Shown here one piece after another: positions 41,976-52,097 of a stretch of DNA of 64,000 bases. Within the stretch, counting starts at the first letter, position 1. Each line of letters opens with the position of its first letter. This stretch comes from Clostridia bacterium (GTDB taxonomy: Bacteria; Bacillota; Clostridia; RGIG6154): positions 64,001-128,000 of the forward strand of contig JAZNOU010000007.1 in the NCBI GenBank assembly GCA_045589295.1. Direction: 5' to 3'. A model generated the notes under the pieces. That model had not been told where the DNA came from. It did no database searches and worked only from the letters and a program-made list of their open reading frames with translations. A program made the position numbers and the translations under genes.

Positions 41976-44900
41976 TTAATTAGAAGATGCACAAATCTGA
42001 TAGTACGCCCAATGATCTTTTGGAACGTCTGGGAATGTGCATACATTATCTGTTGCAACTTCTTTTTTCAAAACTCTGTTTAAGATAGTAACAGCTTCAG
42101 CTCTGTTGATAACTGCATCAGGCCTGAAATTACCATCTTCATAGCCCATTATCCAACCATTTTTATATGCAGTTGCAATATTTTCGAACGCCCAGTGCGA
42201 ATCATTAACATCACCAAACGTTTGTTCTGGCTGAGTGTTTGTAACCATTCTTGAAAGAATAGCAGCAAACTCAGCTCTTGTAACCGCTTTTGTTGGACGG
42301 AATGTCCCATCATCATATCCTTTGATTATTCCTTTTGACGCAAGCGTTCTAACTTGCGTGCTGTACCACTCATCATGTGGAATATCAACAAAACTTGTTT
42401 CATTTTCATAAGCGATATCTATAAGCAAGCGATAAATCATAACAGAAACCTCTGCCCTTGTAACACTATTAGCAGGATTAAAGTTACCTTTGTCATCACC
42501 TTTGATAAACTGAATAGAAGGATCAGTATTTAGTACTTTTGCTATTTCAAAATTGGGTTCAGGCTCGGGGATTTGTTCTTTTTCCTCGTCTTTTTCCTGT
42601 TGCTTTTCTTCTTCAGTTTTTTCTTCCCATGCAGCATATAGAGTCATACCAGCTTTTAAAACACTGTCAAAATTGTATTTATTTCTCAGCGCTTTATCTA
42701 TATACCAGCCAGTAAACTTATATCCTTCCTTTACAGGGTCAGCAGGAGCAGAAATTTTACCGCCAAGTTCAGCTTTTATATTATCAACCTTACTTCCTCC
42801 ATTTGAGTCAAATTTAACGGTTAACTGAACAGGACCGCCGCCACCGCCTCCGCCACCGCCGGCTCCTCCACCGCCGCCTGAAACATTCCATCCGGCATAA
42901 AGAGTAATATCTGCGGTAACGATAGAATTTGCATCAATTTTTGTACCTTGTTTTCCTGCTGATGTATACCAGGCATCAAATGTATGCCCTGTCTTTGAGA
43001 ATGTTGAAACTGCAGGTAAAACATATGTTTGGCCATAAGCAACTGTTTTGCTTGCAACCCCCACTACTGTTGCATCCTGATAATCAAATGTTACTGTATA
43101 ACTCCTCAAACTTTGACTAAACTGTGGATATATCTCAAGATTCATAATAACATTGTTAAATATCTTATCCCAACCTGTAAACGTAAAATGGTACTGCTCA
43201 GTTGATTCTTTAGTTGGAGGCTGTGGCAAACTTGCACTGCCCTGATATTTTATAGACTGCGTGTCAAGAACTTCTCCCGCTGCATTATAGAATTTAACAA
43301 CATACAAATTTCTATTAAAATATACCTTTAATTCAGTAGTTTCATCTATTGCCACCAATGCAGAAAGCAAGTTGTCTGCATTTTGAGTATCAAACGAAAA
43401 GCCCTGATAATTTTTAATCGGAGCACTAACCTCACTGCCAGCAACAGCATATTCTGTAATAGTTTCTGCCCACGAATATGTTCCATCTAAATTTTCTTTG
43501 TAATAACTTACCTTGTAAGAAGGCTTTTCCCAATACGCATAAATTGAAATATCATCTATAACAAGATCACTTGATGAAATTGGTAGTCCTTCGCCGTTTG
43601 GTTCTGTAAACCAACCCCTAAAAATATATCCTGTTTTTTCAAACGTTGCTCTGTCAGGGATAATTACATTAGCACCGTATTCTAAAGTGTTGCTGTATAC
43701 ATCACTATACACAATCGCTCCCTGATAATCGTAAGTAATTTCATAACTACGTACTGTTCGATTAAACAAAGGATAAATATCAAGATTTTGAGTTACATTT
43801 GTAAACGCTTTATCCCAACCTGTAAATGTATAATAATATTGCGGTGTTGATGCCTTAAAAGGTGATGTTGGTTCTGATGCATCCCCCTCAAATCTAACAA
43901 GCTGAGTATCATAAACATTTCCAAGGCCTTCCGTGTCATCATAGAATTTTACGATAAACTCATCACGTTCATAATAAACTCTTAAAACAGTTGTTCCGTC
44001 TGATGCAACTTCATCGGACATAAAACTTAAGTTGTAATCAACTTTAAATCCTATATAATTGTACGGAATAACAGAAACAGTTTCTCCTGCGTCTGCATCA
44101 TATGTCTCGGTTATATCAGGTGTATTTGAATATACACCATAAACGTCCTGTTTATAATGTTCAACAGTATAAAGCGGTCTTTGTGACCAATAAGCATACA
44201 GAACTATATCAGAACTAACTGTAATGGCAGTGGCTCTGTCACCCGCCCCGTACGGTTCAGTAAACCAACCAACAAATGTATATCCGTCTCTGCTGAAAGT
44301 GCTCTCATTTGGAACAATAATATTTGCCTCATATTTGGCACTTGAATACACCATTCCAGAAACAGTAGCATCCTGATAATCAAATACTATATTATAAATT
44401 TTTCTGTTATAATGCGCTTTAAGCTGGGTACTACCATCTGCTTTGACTACATCTGAAAGAATGTTTTCAGAATTTATGCTATCTAATTCAAAACCTTCGT
44501 AAAATTTAGACGGTGCTGTAACTGTACTTCCTTCCAAACCGCTCAATGTTTCTAATTCAGCAAGTGTGTATGTACCATCTAAGTTTTCTTTGTAGTAACT
44601 TACCTTGTAAGAAGGTTTTTCCCAATACGCATAAATTGTCATTTCTCCCGTTACTACATTGCTTGTTGTAATTTCTGTTCCCTCACCATTTGGCATTGTA
44701 AACCAACCTTTGAAAATATGTCCTGTTTTTTCAAAAGTCTGTTCTTCGGGTAAAACAACATTTGAACCGTATTCAATTGTATTGCTTGCTACTCCTACAC
44801 TTGTTGCTCCTTGATAGTTATATGTTATTGTGTATTTTCTTAAACTTTGGCTATACTGCGGATAAACATCAAGGTTTTGCACTACATTTGTAAATTCTTT

Positions 44901-46898
44901 ATCCCAACCTGTAAATGTATAGTCATACTGCTCAGTTGAGGCTTTTGATGGTGCTTGAGGCTGAATTGCACTGCCCTGGTATTTTACAGTTTGTGTATTA
45001 TGCACTCCACCTTCTGCATCGTAAAATTTTACTGTATAAAGTTTTCGTGAGTAATACAGTTTTAATGTATTTTCACTCCCTGCTGCACCTTGGTATGATG
45101 GCACTCTGTCTGCATGTGAAGTATTTTCTACAAAACCTTCATACGTTAAAGGTGTTGCTGTTGCCGTCTGTGAAGATTCAAGATAAAACTGTGTTGTTGC
45201 GGATTCATCCAAATAATATGTTCCGTCAAGATTTTCTTTGTAGTGGTTAACAATATATTTCGGCTGTGAAACCCATTTTGCATATATTGTTACTGTACCT
45301 TGAACTGTATCATTTGTTTTAACTTTATCACTTTCGTCAAAAACATCTGAATAATACCATCCGGCAAATTCAAAATTTGTCTTTTCAAATGTATTTTCGT
45401 CCGGGAGAACAATTTTTTCACCATACTCAACTACATTGCTTGCGATTCCGACAGTTGTTGCACCCTGATAATCGTAAGTTACGGTGTAGCTTCTTAAAGT
45501 TTGACTATACTGTGGATAAATATCAAGATTTTGTACTACATTTGCAAATTCTTTATCCCAACCTGTAAATGTATAGTCATACTGCTCAGTTGAGGCTTTT
45601 GATGGTGCTTGAGGCTGAATTGCACTGCCCTGGTATTTTACAGATTGTGTATCAAGAACTTCTCCTGTTGCATTATAGAATTTTACTGTATAAATATTTC
45701 TGTCGTAACGTAATTCCAATACAGTTGAATTATCGGCCAAGACATTTCCCGATGTAATACTTTCAGCTTGATTAAACGTAAAACCCTCGTATGTATTGGG
45801 AATAGCAGTTACATATTTATTTTCATCTGAATATTCTATCTTTTTATCCAAAATTTGTTCTGAGTATGTACCATCTAAATTTTCAAGATAATGTTTAACT
45901 GAATATGTTGGTTTTTCAACCCAATAAGCGTATATTTCTAAATTATTGTCGACAACCGTATCAGAAGTGATCTTTTCACCTTGCCCGTTTGGTTGTGTAT
46001 ACCAACCTTTAAAAGTATAGTTAGTTTTACTGAAAGTTGTTTCATCTGGAACAGGGACTACACTTCCGTATTTTGCAGTATTGCTTGAAATACCAAACTG
46101 GGTTGCTTCCCCGTAATTGTAGATAACATTATAAGTTCTAAGCTTATAATAACACTTAAGAACTAAACTTCCGTCCATTTCAACTATGCCGGTTCTAATA
46201 TTTCCGGCGGATGAATCATACAAATGACTATCAAAATTCTTTCGTGTAGCCGAAACAGAACTTCCTACCGGCGCAAAATATGTTTCAGAAACGATTTCAT
46301 ATTCACCGTTTAAAAGTTCTTTATAGTGTTCAACAGTATATATTCCATCCGCATTTATAATATTAAAATCTAGCGGTGCATATCCATCTTCATTGGCATC
46401 TAAGTCAGAGGGATCATATGTAAAAAGCTCAATTACTTCAAATTCACACGCAAAAAATCTTGCATCCGCATCCAAGACTTCAAAATCTATACTAAAAATA
46501 TCACCAGTTGCTGCCAAATTCATATTATACATATTAGTTACACCAACTGCAGTAATATAATCAAGGTTAGAAATGTCCTGACTTCCCAAGCCATCAGAAT
46601 TACTTACAATGTCATCCATATAGCTGTCATACAATTTTTTGTCAACAACAGCAGAGTAAGATGATTCATTGTAAATGGGTCTGAATTTTGATTTATCATA
46701 TTTTAACGCCACAACATAAGAAGCCAGTCCAGGATTATCCTCTATTGAAACAGTTGCTGTAACCTTATTGCTTATAAATTCACTTGTTGTTACTTTAAAT
46801 TCAAGGGTACCCTCCGCACTAACCGAAATAGAAAATGCTAAGCACATCGTAAATATTGCAATTAATGTTATAACTATGCCGGTTGCCCTTTTAATCAT
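41976..46898 (-). CDS. Large cell-surface protein: cohesin-like domain, InlB B-repeat/Flg_new-type repeats, poly-Gly linker, three SLH domains
   Basis: Signal peptide, ALKYDKSKF...GDIFSIDFEV beta-sandwich, repeated F.GWY...YA.W and FTGWDK modules, C-terminal VTRAEV/VTRAEF/INRAEA SLH motifs. Confidence 0.9.
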   Translation of the reverse strand: MIKRATGIVITLIAIFTMCLAFSISVSAEGTLEFKVTTSEFISNKVTATVSIEDNPGLASYVVALKYDKSKFRPIYNESSYSAVVDKKLYDSYMDDIVSNSDGLGSQDISNLDYITAVGVTNMYNMNLAATGDIFSIDFEVLDADARFFACEFEVIELFTYDPSDLDANEDGYAPLDFNIINADGIYTVEHYKELLNGEYEIVSETYFAPVGSSVSATRKNFDSHLYDSSAGNIRTGIVEMDGSLVLKCYYKLRTYNVIYNYGEATQFGISSNTAKYGSVVPVPDETTFSKTNYTFKGWYTQPNGQGEKITSDTVVDNNLEIYAYWVEKPTYSVKHYLENLDGTYSEQILDKKIEYSDENKYVTAIPNTYEGFTFNQAESITSGNVLADNSTVLELRYDRNIYTVKFYNATGEVLDTQSVKYQGSAIQPQAPSKASTEQYDYTFTGWDKEFANVVQNLDIYPQYSQTLRSYTVTYDYQGATTVGIASNVVEYGEKIVLPDENTFEKTNFEFAGWYYSDVFDESDKVKTNDTVQGTVTIYAKWVSQPKYIVNHYKENLDGTYYLDESATTQFYLESSQTATATPLTYEGFVENTSHADRVPSYQGAAGSENTLKLYYSRKLYTVKFYDAEGGVHNTQTVKYQGSAIQPQAPSKASTEQYDYTFTGWDKEFTNVVQNLDVYPQYSQSLRKYTITYNYQGATSVGVASNTIEYGSNVVLPEEQTFEKTGHIFKGWFTMPNGEGTEITTSNVVTGEMTIYAYWEKPSYKVSYYKENLDGTYTLAELETLSGLEGSTVTAPSKFYEGFELDSINSENILSDVVKADGSTQLKAHYNRKIYNIVFDYQDATVSGMVYSSAKYEANIIVPNESTFSRDGYTFVGWFTEPYGAGDRATAITVSSDIVLYAYWSQRPLYTVEHYKQDVYGVYSNTPDITETYDADAGETVSVIPYNYIGFKVDYNLSFMSDEVASDGTTVLRVYYERDEFIVKFYDDTEGLGNVYDTQLVRFEGDASEPTSPFKASTPQYYYTFTGWDKAFTNVTQNLDIYPLFNRTVRSYEITYDYQGAIVYSDVYSNTLEYGANVIIPDRATFEKTGYIFRGWFTEPNGEGLPISSSDLVIDDISIYAYWEKPSYKVSYYKENLDGTYSWAETITEYAVAGSEVSAPIKNYQGFSFDTQNADNLLSALVAIDETTELKVYFNRNLYVVKFYNAAGEVLDTQSIKYQGSASLPQPPTKESTEQYHFTFTGWDKIFNNVIMNLEIYPQFSQSLRSYTVTFDYQDATVVGVASKTVAYGQTYVLPAVSTFSKTGHTFDAWYTSAGKQGTKIDANSIVTADITLYAGWNVSGGGGGAGGGGGGGGGPVQLTVKFDSNGGSKVDNIKAELGGKISAPADPVKEGYKFTGWYIDKALRNKYNFDSVLKAGMTLYAAWEEKTEEEKQQEKDEEKEQIPEPEPNFEIAKVLNTDPSIQFIKGDDKGNFNPANSVTRAEVSVMIYRLLIDIAYENETSFVDIPHDEWYSTQVRTLASKGIIKGYDDGTFRPTKAVTRAEFAAILSRMVTNTQPEQTFGDVNDSHWAFENIATAYKNGWIMGYEDGNFRPDAVINRAEAVTILNRVLKKEVATDNVCTFPDVPKDHWAYYQICASSN
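42834..42878 (-). repeat. GC-rich GGN codon tract encoding G5-A-G9 linker
   Basis: Direct reading of the sequence. Confidence 0.85.
43483..44638. repeat. 64-bp near-identical direct repeat (43483-43546 vs 44575-44638, 3 mismatches)
   Basis: Both copies encode IYAYWEKPSYKVSYYKENLDG; offset 1092 bp. Confidence 0.88.
44892..45643. repeat. 98-bp exact direct repeat inside the surface-protein gene (44892-44989 = 45546-45643)
   Basis: Base-by-base comparison; offset 654 bp. Confidence 0.92.
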
Positions 46899-46948
46899 AT
46901 ATACACATCCATTCTCAATCTAAAATTCTGCAAACCTACCTATTAAAT

Positions 46949-46977
46949 ATTATACTTGTTGGAAAATTGCTTGTCAA
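46949..46977 (-). promoter_or_regulatory. Sigma-A promoter for large surface protein
   Basis: TTGACA-N17-TATAAT perfect consensus. Confidence 0.85.
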
Positions 46978-46983
46978 TAATTT

Positions 46984-48798
46984 TCACTCAAAAAAAGACA
47001 TAAGTTTAATGTGTTTAACTATCTTTTCTGCCTCTTTTTTTGATATACCTTTAATTTGAGATATATCATTTGCTGTAGCACTTTTAATATTTTCCAACGT
47101 CTTAAATTTAGACATTAGCGCTATATATCGCTTTTTCCCTATTCCAGGGATTTTCATAAGTTCGCTTTCGGTGTTTTTCTTTTTTCTTAAAAGTCTGTGA
47201 TAAGATATTGCAACCCTATGCATTTCATCCTGAATTTCTGTTGCAAGTTTAAAACATTTAGTGCCAACCGGAATATTAAACTCTTTATTTTCCGATACAA
47301 TATCGCGCGTTTTGTGTTTATCATCTTTTATTATTCCAAGCACTGTAATATCAACACCAATTTCATTTAAAGCAGCTCTTGCAGCATTAATCTGCCCCTT
47401 TCCACCATCGACAAAAACGATATCAGGTTTCTTATCAAAGCTTTCATCCTTTTTATCATGAGTAAACCTACGTGTAATTACCTCTCTCATTGCTCCGTAA
47501 TCATCTTGTCTACTCAAAGAATGAATTTTAAACTTTCTGTACTGTTTTTTGCACGGCAACCCATTTTCAAACACAACCATTGAAGCTACCGTTTCACTGC
47601 CTGCGATATTAGAAATGTCGTACGCTTCTATCCTGAAAGGAATTTCACTTAAGCCTAAATAATATTTAAATTGTTCCAATGCTTCGTTATTATCAGAAGT
47701 TTTTTTAGTCAATTTTTTGTTATCAATAGCCTCAAGTGCATTTTTACGTGCCATTTCCATAAGTTTCAAATTATCGCCTTTTAAAGGTTTTTTAAGTACA
47801 ACCTTACTTCTATTAAGATTGGACAAAAACTCAGTTATTTCTGCTTGATTTTCAGGCAAATCTGAAAGAAAAATATTTTTGGCAGGTTTAAAATCAGAAT
47901 AATATTGCATCAAAAAAGCTTCAATAATATTGCCATTATCATCCTCGATACTGTTGTTCATAAAAAATGTTTTCTTATCAATTAGTTTACCTTTTTTTAT
48001 ATGCAAAAGTTGCACACATACATCATTATTGCTTTTTAAAAGGCACAAAATATCTTTATCTTTATCATCGACTGAAACTGTAAGCTGGCTTTCATACATT
48101 TTTTCTATACCGTTTATTCTGTCACGAAATACTGCCGCATCCTCAAACCTGAATTCTTCGGCAGCTTTATTCATTTTATCAGTAAGTTCTCTTATCAAAG
48201 CCTGAGTATTACCCATTAAAACCTTTACTGCTTGTTTAACTTTTTCGGCATATTCTTCTTTCGTAATTTTACCACAACAAGGAGCATCACACCTTTGTAT
48301 GTGATGATTAAGGCACGGATTTTTCACCTTAGACAAATCGCCGCTACATTCTCTTATTTTAAAAATTTTATTTACAACTGATATAACTTTTTTTGCATGA
48401 AAAGAGCTAATAAAGGGGCCAAAATATGTTGAGTTCTTATTATCTTTACGTCGCGATAAAACTAGCCTGGGAAAGTCTTCGTGTGTTAGTTCAATAAACG
48501 GATAGCCTTTATCGTCTTTAAGCAAAATATTATACTTTGGTCTATATTTTTTTATAAGCGAGCATTCTAAATTAAGCGCTTCTGTTTCCGTATTAGTAAC
48601 TATATACTCCAAATTCGCGATTGCTGAAACCATAGCAAGAACTTTTGCTGTATGCGATGAGTTCTTTTTAAAATATTGAGTAACCCTGTTTTTAAGATTT
48701 TTTGCCTTTCCGACATAAATAATAGTATCATCAGCGGATTTCATAATATACACACCCGGATTTTCAGGTAGTGATTTTAAAAATTCGTCCGTAACCAT
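46984..48798 (-). CDS. uvrC: Excinuclease ABC subunit C
   Basis: GIY-YIG (PGVY...IYVGKAKNL), PKYNILLKDDK, UVR domain, RIEAYDISN, DGGKGQ, HhH. Confidence 0.97.
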   Translation of the reverse strand: MVTDEFLKSLPENPGVYIMKSADDTIIYVGKAKNLKNRVTQYFKKNSSHTAKVLAMVSAIANLEYIVTNTETEALNLECSLIKKYRPKYNILLKDDKGYPFIELTHEDFPRLVLSRRKDNKNSTYFGPFISSFHAKKVISVVNKIFKIRECSGDLSKVKNPCLNHHIQRCDAPCCGKITKEEYAEKVKQAVKVLMGNTQALIRELTDKMNKAAEEFRFEDAAVFRDRINGIEKMYESQLTVSVDDKDKDILCLLKSNNDVCVQLLHIKKGKLIDKKTFFMNNSIEDDNGNIIEAFLMQYYSDFKPAKNIFLSDLPENQAEITEFLSNLNRSKVVLKKPLKGDNLKLMEMARKNALEAIDNKKLTKKTSDNNEALEQFKYYLGLSEIPFRIEAYDISNIAGSETVASMVVFENGLPCKKQYRKFKIHSLSRQDDYGAMREVITRRFTHDKKDESFDKKPDIVFVDGGKGQINAARAALNEIGVDITVLGIIKDDKHKTRDIVSENKEFNIPVGTKCFKLATEIQDEMHRVAISYHRLLRKKKNTESELMKIPGIGKKRYIALMSKFKTLENIKSATANDISQIKGISKKEAEKIVKHIKLMSFFE

Positions 48799-48825
48799 AT
48801 TTCCCCTCCTTCTGCTTATATTAAA

Positions 48826-48850
48826 TTATGCCCGCTAATAGCGGGCATAA
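48826..48850 (-). terminator. Perfect inverted repeat between ptsH and uvrC (probable weak terminator)
   Basis: TTATGCCCGCTA-A-TAGCGGGCATAA; poor U tract. Confidence 0.55.
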
Positions 48851-48860
48851 ACAAACTAAC

Positions 48861-49127
48861 TTATTCTGTAAAACCTGAATGAACCAAAGCAACCATTGCC
48901 TGAACAGCTTCTGATTCATCAGAGCCGTCTGCGATTATGTTAATCTCCGTCCCCTGAAGCACACCAAGTGACAACACGCCAAGAAGACTCTTTGCGTTAA
49001 CTCTGCGCTCGTTTTTCTCAATCCATACATTGCAATTATATTCATTAGCTTTCTGGATAAATGATGTGGCAGGTCTCGAATGAAGGCCCACTTTATTCTG
49101 AATAATTACGGTTTCGGAAATCATCAC
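48861..49127 (-). CDS. ptsH: Phosphocarrier protein HPr
   Basis: GLHSRPA (His15) and VNAKSLLG (Ser46) motifs. Confidence 0.9.
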   Translation of the reverse strand: MMISETVIIQNKVGLHSRPATSFIQKANEYNCNVWIEKNERRVNAKSLLGVLSLGVLQGTEINIIADGSDESEAVQAMVALVHSGFTE

Positions 49128-49163
49128 AGTCCTCCTAAAACAAAATTGATGTCTAATACTATT

Positions 49164-49192
49164 ATAATACTAAAAAAAGCCAAATAAGTCAA
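49164..49192 (-). promoter_or_regulatory. Sigma-A promoter for ptsH
   Basis: TTGACT-N17-TATTAT. Confidence 0.65.
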
Positions 49193-49219
49193 CAAAATAT
49201 TGCAAAAAAATTTATTTTT

Positions 49220-51025
49220 TTACTCAACAGTAACTGATTTAGCTAAATTTCTTGGTTTATCAACATCAATTCCTCTGTGTCGCGAAACATAATATGCGAA
49301 AAGTTGAAGCATAATTACAGCAAATATTGGAGATATTTCATCTCCCTCATCGGGAATTAAAATCACTTCATCAACCTCGCTAATTACATCATACATTGTT
49401 TCAAGTGTAACCGCAATTACCACTCCACCGCGTGCTTTTACCTCCTTAATGTTGCTTAGCATCTTGTCGAATAGTTTCCTTTGAGTACAAATTGCAATTA
49501 CTGGTGTACCTTCTTCTATCAAAGCTAATGTTCCATGTTTTAATTCCCCAGCGCAATAGCTTTCTGCGTGAATATACGAAATCTCTTTAAGCTTAAGCGC
49601 ACCTTCCATTGAAATAATACCATCTATACCCCTTCCAATGAAAAACATATTTTTAGTATCAAAAAATAGTTCAGCCATTTTTTTTACGTTGTCAGTTTCC
49701 GAAATAAGTTCTTCTATTATTTCAGCTGACCGCAATAGTTTTTGTATAAATTCATCATAATGTAATTTTTTGTTGTGTGCAAGAAATTCCGAAATCAACA
49801 TTAGTACATACACCTGGGTAATATATCCTTTTGTTGTTGCCACGGCTATTTCAGGACCTGCAAAGGTATATATCACGTCATCGCACTCTCTTGCAAGACT
49901 GCTGTCTTTTACATTAGTAATTGCAAGCGTTTTAATATTACTTTGCTTTGCATATTTTACTGCAGCCAAAGTATCAGATGTTTCACCTGATTGACTTATT
50001 GCAATCACTACATCATTATTTCCTATGATTGGATTATTATATCTAAACTCAGAAGCAAGCTGTACGCACACATTTATCCTAGCAAATTTTTCTATATAAA
50101 ACTTTCCAACAAGCCCTGCATTAAATGCGCTTCCACAAGCTACAATGTGAATATGTTCAACACCTTCGAAAAAACCAGCATCAATTTCTTCAATAAACAC
50201 TCTTCCTTTAATAATTCTGGGGGTAATAGTTTTTCTGATAGCTTCCGGTTGTTGCATAATTTCTTTTTCCATATAAAAATCAAAACCTTCTTTGCCAATT
50301 TCATCTGCTTTATATTTTACCTGATGAAATTGTTTTTCTATCTCTGTTTTGTTTTCGTCTGTTATCTTTATATCCGACTTTGTTATAATTGCAAACTCAC
50401 CGTCATTTAAAATATAAATCTTTTCTGTCAACGGTAAAATTGCAGGAATATCTGAGCAAACAAAATTTTCATTCTCGCCAACTCCTGCAATAAGCGGACT
50501 ATCCTTAGCAGTTGCAAACAATGTTTCAGGCTGATATACACTCATAACACCTATAGCATACGATCCTTTCAAAAGCTTTGTTGTTTTTACAAGCGCCTCA
50601 AAAACATCGCCCTTATAATAATACTGCAATAAATTAGCAATTACCTCTGTGTCTGTTTGTGAAACAAAACTATAACCATTTAACTTCAGCATATTTTTAA
50701 TTTCAAGATAATTTTCAATTATGCCATTATGAACTACTGCAAAGGTTTTATCCTCAGATAAATGCGGATGAGCGTTTACATCATCGGGTTTACCATGCGT
50801 TGCCCACCTTGTATGACCAATGCCTGCATTTGAACCCAAATTTGTATTTTTTATTTTTCTTTTTAAATTTGAAATATCCCCTTTACATTTACACACCTTT
50901 ATTTTTCTACATGATATAACTCCTACCCCTGCAGAATCGTATCCTCTGTATTGAAGCCTGTATAACATATCTAACAAGCAATCTGTCGCACTTTTTACTC
51001 CAACATAACCTGTAATTCCACACAT
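49220..51025 (-). CDS. glmS: Glutamine--fructose-6-phosphate transaminase
   Basis: MCGI start (catalytic Cys1), RGYDSAG, GHTRWATHG, SQSGET, LKLKE, PRNLAKSVTVE. Confidence 0.97.
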   Translation of the reverse strand: MCGITGYVGVKSATDCLLDMLYRLQYRGYDSAGVGVISCRKIKVCKCKGDISNLKRKIKNTNLGSNAGIGHTRWATHGKPDDVNAHPHLSEDKTFAVVHNGIIENYLEIKNMLKLNGYSFVSQTDTEVIANLLQYYYKGDVFEALVKTTKLLKGSYAIGVMSVYQPETLFATAKDSPLIAGVGENENFVCSDIPAILPLTEKIYILNDGEFAIITKSDIKITDENKTEIEKQFHQVKYKADEIGKEGFDFYMEKEIMQQPEAIRKTITPRIIKGRVFIEEIDAGFFEGVEHIHIVACGSAFNAGLVGKFYIEKFARINVCVQLASEFRYNNPIIGNNDVVIAISQSGETSDTLAAVKYAKQSNIKTLAITNVKDSSLARECDDVIYTFAGPEIAVATTKGYITQVYVLMLISEFLAHNKKLHYDEFIQKLLRSAEIIEELISETDNVKKMAELFFDTKNMFFIGRGIDGIISMEGALKLKEISYIHAESYCAGELKHGTLALIEEGTPVIAICTQRKLFDKMLSNIKEVKARGGVVIAVTLETMYDVISEVDEVILIPDEGDEISPIFAVIMLQLFAYYVSRHRGIDVDKPRNLAKSVTVE

Positions 51026-51070
51026 AACATTCATCCTTTCTTGTTATTATGTAAAACTATTTTTTGTATT

Positions 51071-51101
51071 AAAAAACTGCAAAATTCAATTTGCAGTTTT
51101 T
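51071..51101 (-). terminator. Hairpin/terminator between cdaR and glmS
   Basis: Minus strand AAAAACTGCAAA-TTGAAT-TTTGCAGTTTTTT. Confidence 0.7.
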
Positions 51102-51152
51102 CAATATTATTCTTTATTATAACCGTTTGGCAAAAAAATACACAAGTATAGT

Positions 51153-52097
51153 TTATTGCTTAGATGTTAAAATTAACTTAAATTTGTTATATTCCCCTGA
51201 AAAAGACATACCTTCAGATAATTTTAAATTCACATCAACAGAAAAAGTTTTTTGTTCTCCAAAATTATCTGGTAATTTAATTAAGTCTGTTTCAATTTTT
51301 GAAATTGATTTTACAATATCAGCATTTCCTTTTATTTTAACAATTTCAGGCGAAACTCTTACATCATACCCCGAGATCTGTGCAGAACTTTCAAACACAG
51401 GCACAATCTGAATTTCCTTTTCATGTGAAAAAGTTACATTTACAAGTGTTTCTGTAATATCTGTTGTAACAAAAGACAAGTCAGCTTTTCTTCCGGTGGT
51501 ATCAACAATTTCAAATGCGCAGTTTTTTGATAGCGTTCCATCAGCACCGGAAATATCAATTTTAGCAATTGCACCTTTTATCTTATTAATATGACTTTTA
51601 GGTCCTCTTACCTTAACTTGTTTATCCTGCGGCACAACATTGTCCAAAACAAAACCTTCTTTTGGTTCTCCTAACGTTTCAACCTCAATATCTTTATTAA
51701 CTGAAATAATATAATCTACAAAAACATTAGTTTTGTTAGCAGTAATGTTCGTAAAACTAACCCCTTGGATTTTTGTATTCAATATAATTTCCAATTCATA
51801 GTTTCCAGGGCTTGTAATTTTAGACACATCAATTTGAGCTAAAATATCATTAGCTGAAATTTTGGAAACTTCTGAGTGTCTGCCTTCAATTTTCACATCC
51901 AGTGACTTAACGCTGTTAGAGATAATTTTAAGTCCTGAGGCATCAAATTCTGCATTATTTATTGTTCTGACAGGAACTGCTTTCATAACCAAAGAAACAG
52001 TTGGATTATTCACACCTACAACATACATCCATAAAAGAATAGATATAAGGACAGATACTACTCTGATTACAGTGTCATTATGAAATAGTTTTCTCAT
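51153..52097 (-). CDS. cdaR: CdaR/YbbR family regulator of diadenylate cyclase
   Basis: SILLWMYV TM, YbbR-type repeats (V.V.G); overlaps the cdaA stop. Confidence 0.9.
   Translation of the reverse strand: MRKLFHNDTVIRVVSVLISILLWMYVVGVNNPTVSLVMKAVPVRTINNAEFDASGLKIISNSVKSLDVKIEGRHSEVSKISANDILAQIDVSKITSPGNYELEIILNTKIQGVSFTNITANKTNVFVDYIISVNKDIEVETLGEPKEGFVLDNVVPQDKQVKVRGPKSHINKIKGAIAKIDISGADGTLSKNCAFEIVDTTGRKADLSFVTTDITETLVNVTFSHEKEIQIVPVFESSAQISGYDVRVSPEIVKIKGNADIVKSISKIETDLIKLPDNFGEQKTFSVDVNLKLSEGMSFSGEYNKFKLILTSKQ

Noticed and set aside
42834-42878. GC-rich tract as a foreign insertion or phase-variation switch
   Set aside because: It is an in-frame poly-Gly linker with mixed codons, common before SLH regions; slippage would not shift the frame.
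43081-45700. Diversity-generating retroelement template/variable repeat pair
   Set aside because: No reverse transcriptase is in the window, all copies lie in frame in one CDS, and differences are not adenine-specific.
41976-46898. CRISPR-like array suggested by the recurring TTATCCCAACCTGTAAA sequence
   Set aside because: The four copies are hundreds of bp apart and encode FTGWDK in protein repeats; no cas genes are present.
51091-51411. 106-aa plus-strand ORF
   Set aside because: Mostly antisense to cdaR, starts inside a terminator hairpin and has no RBS.
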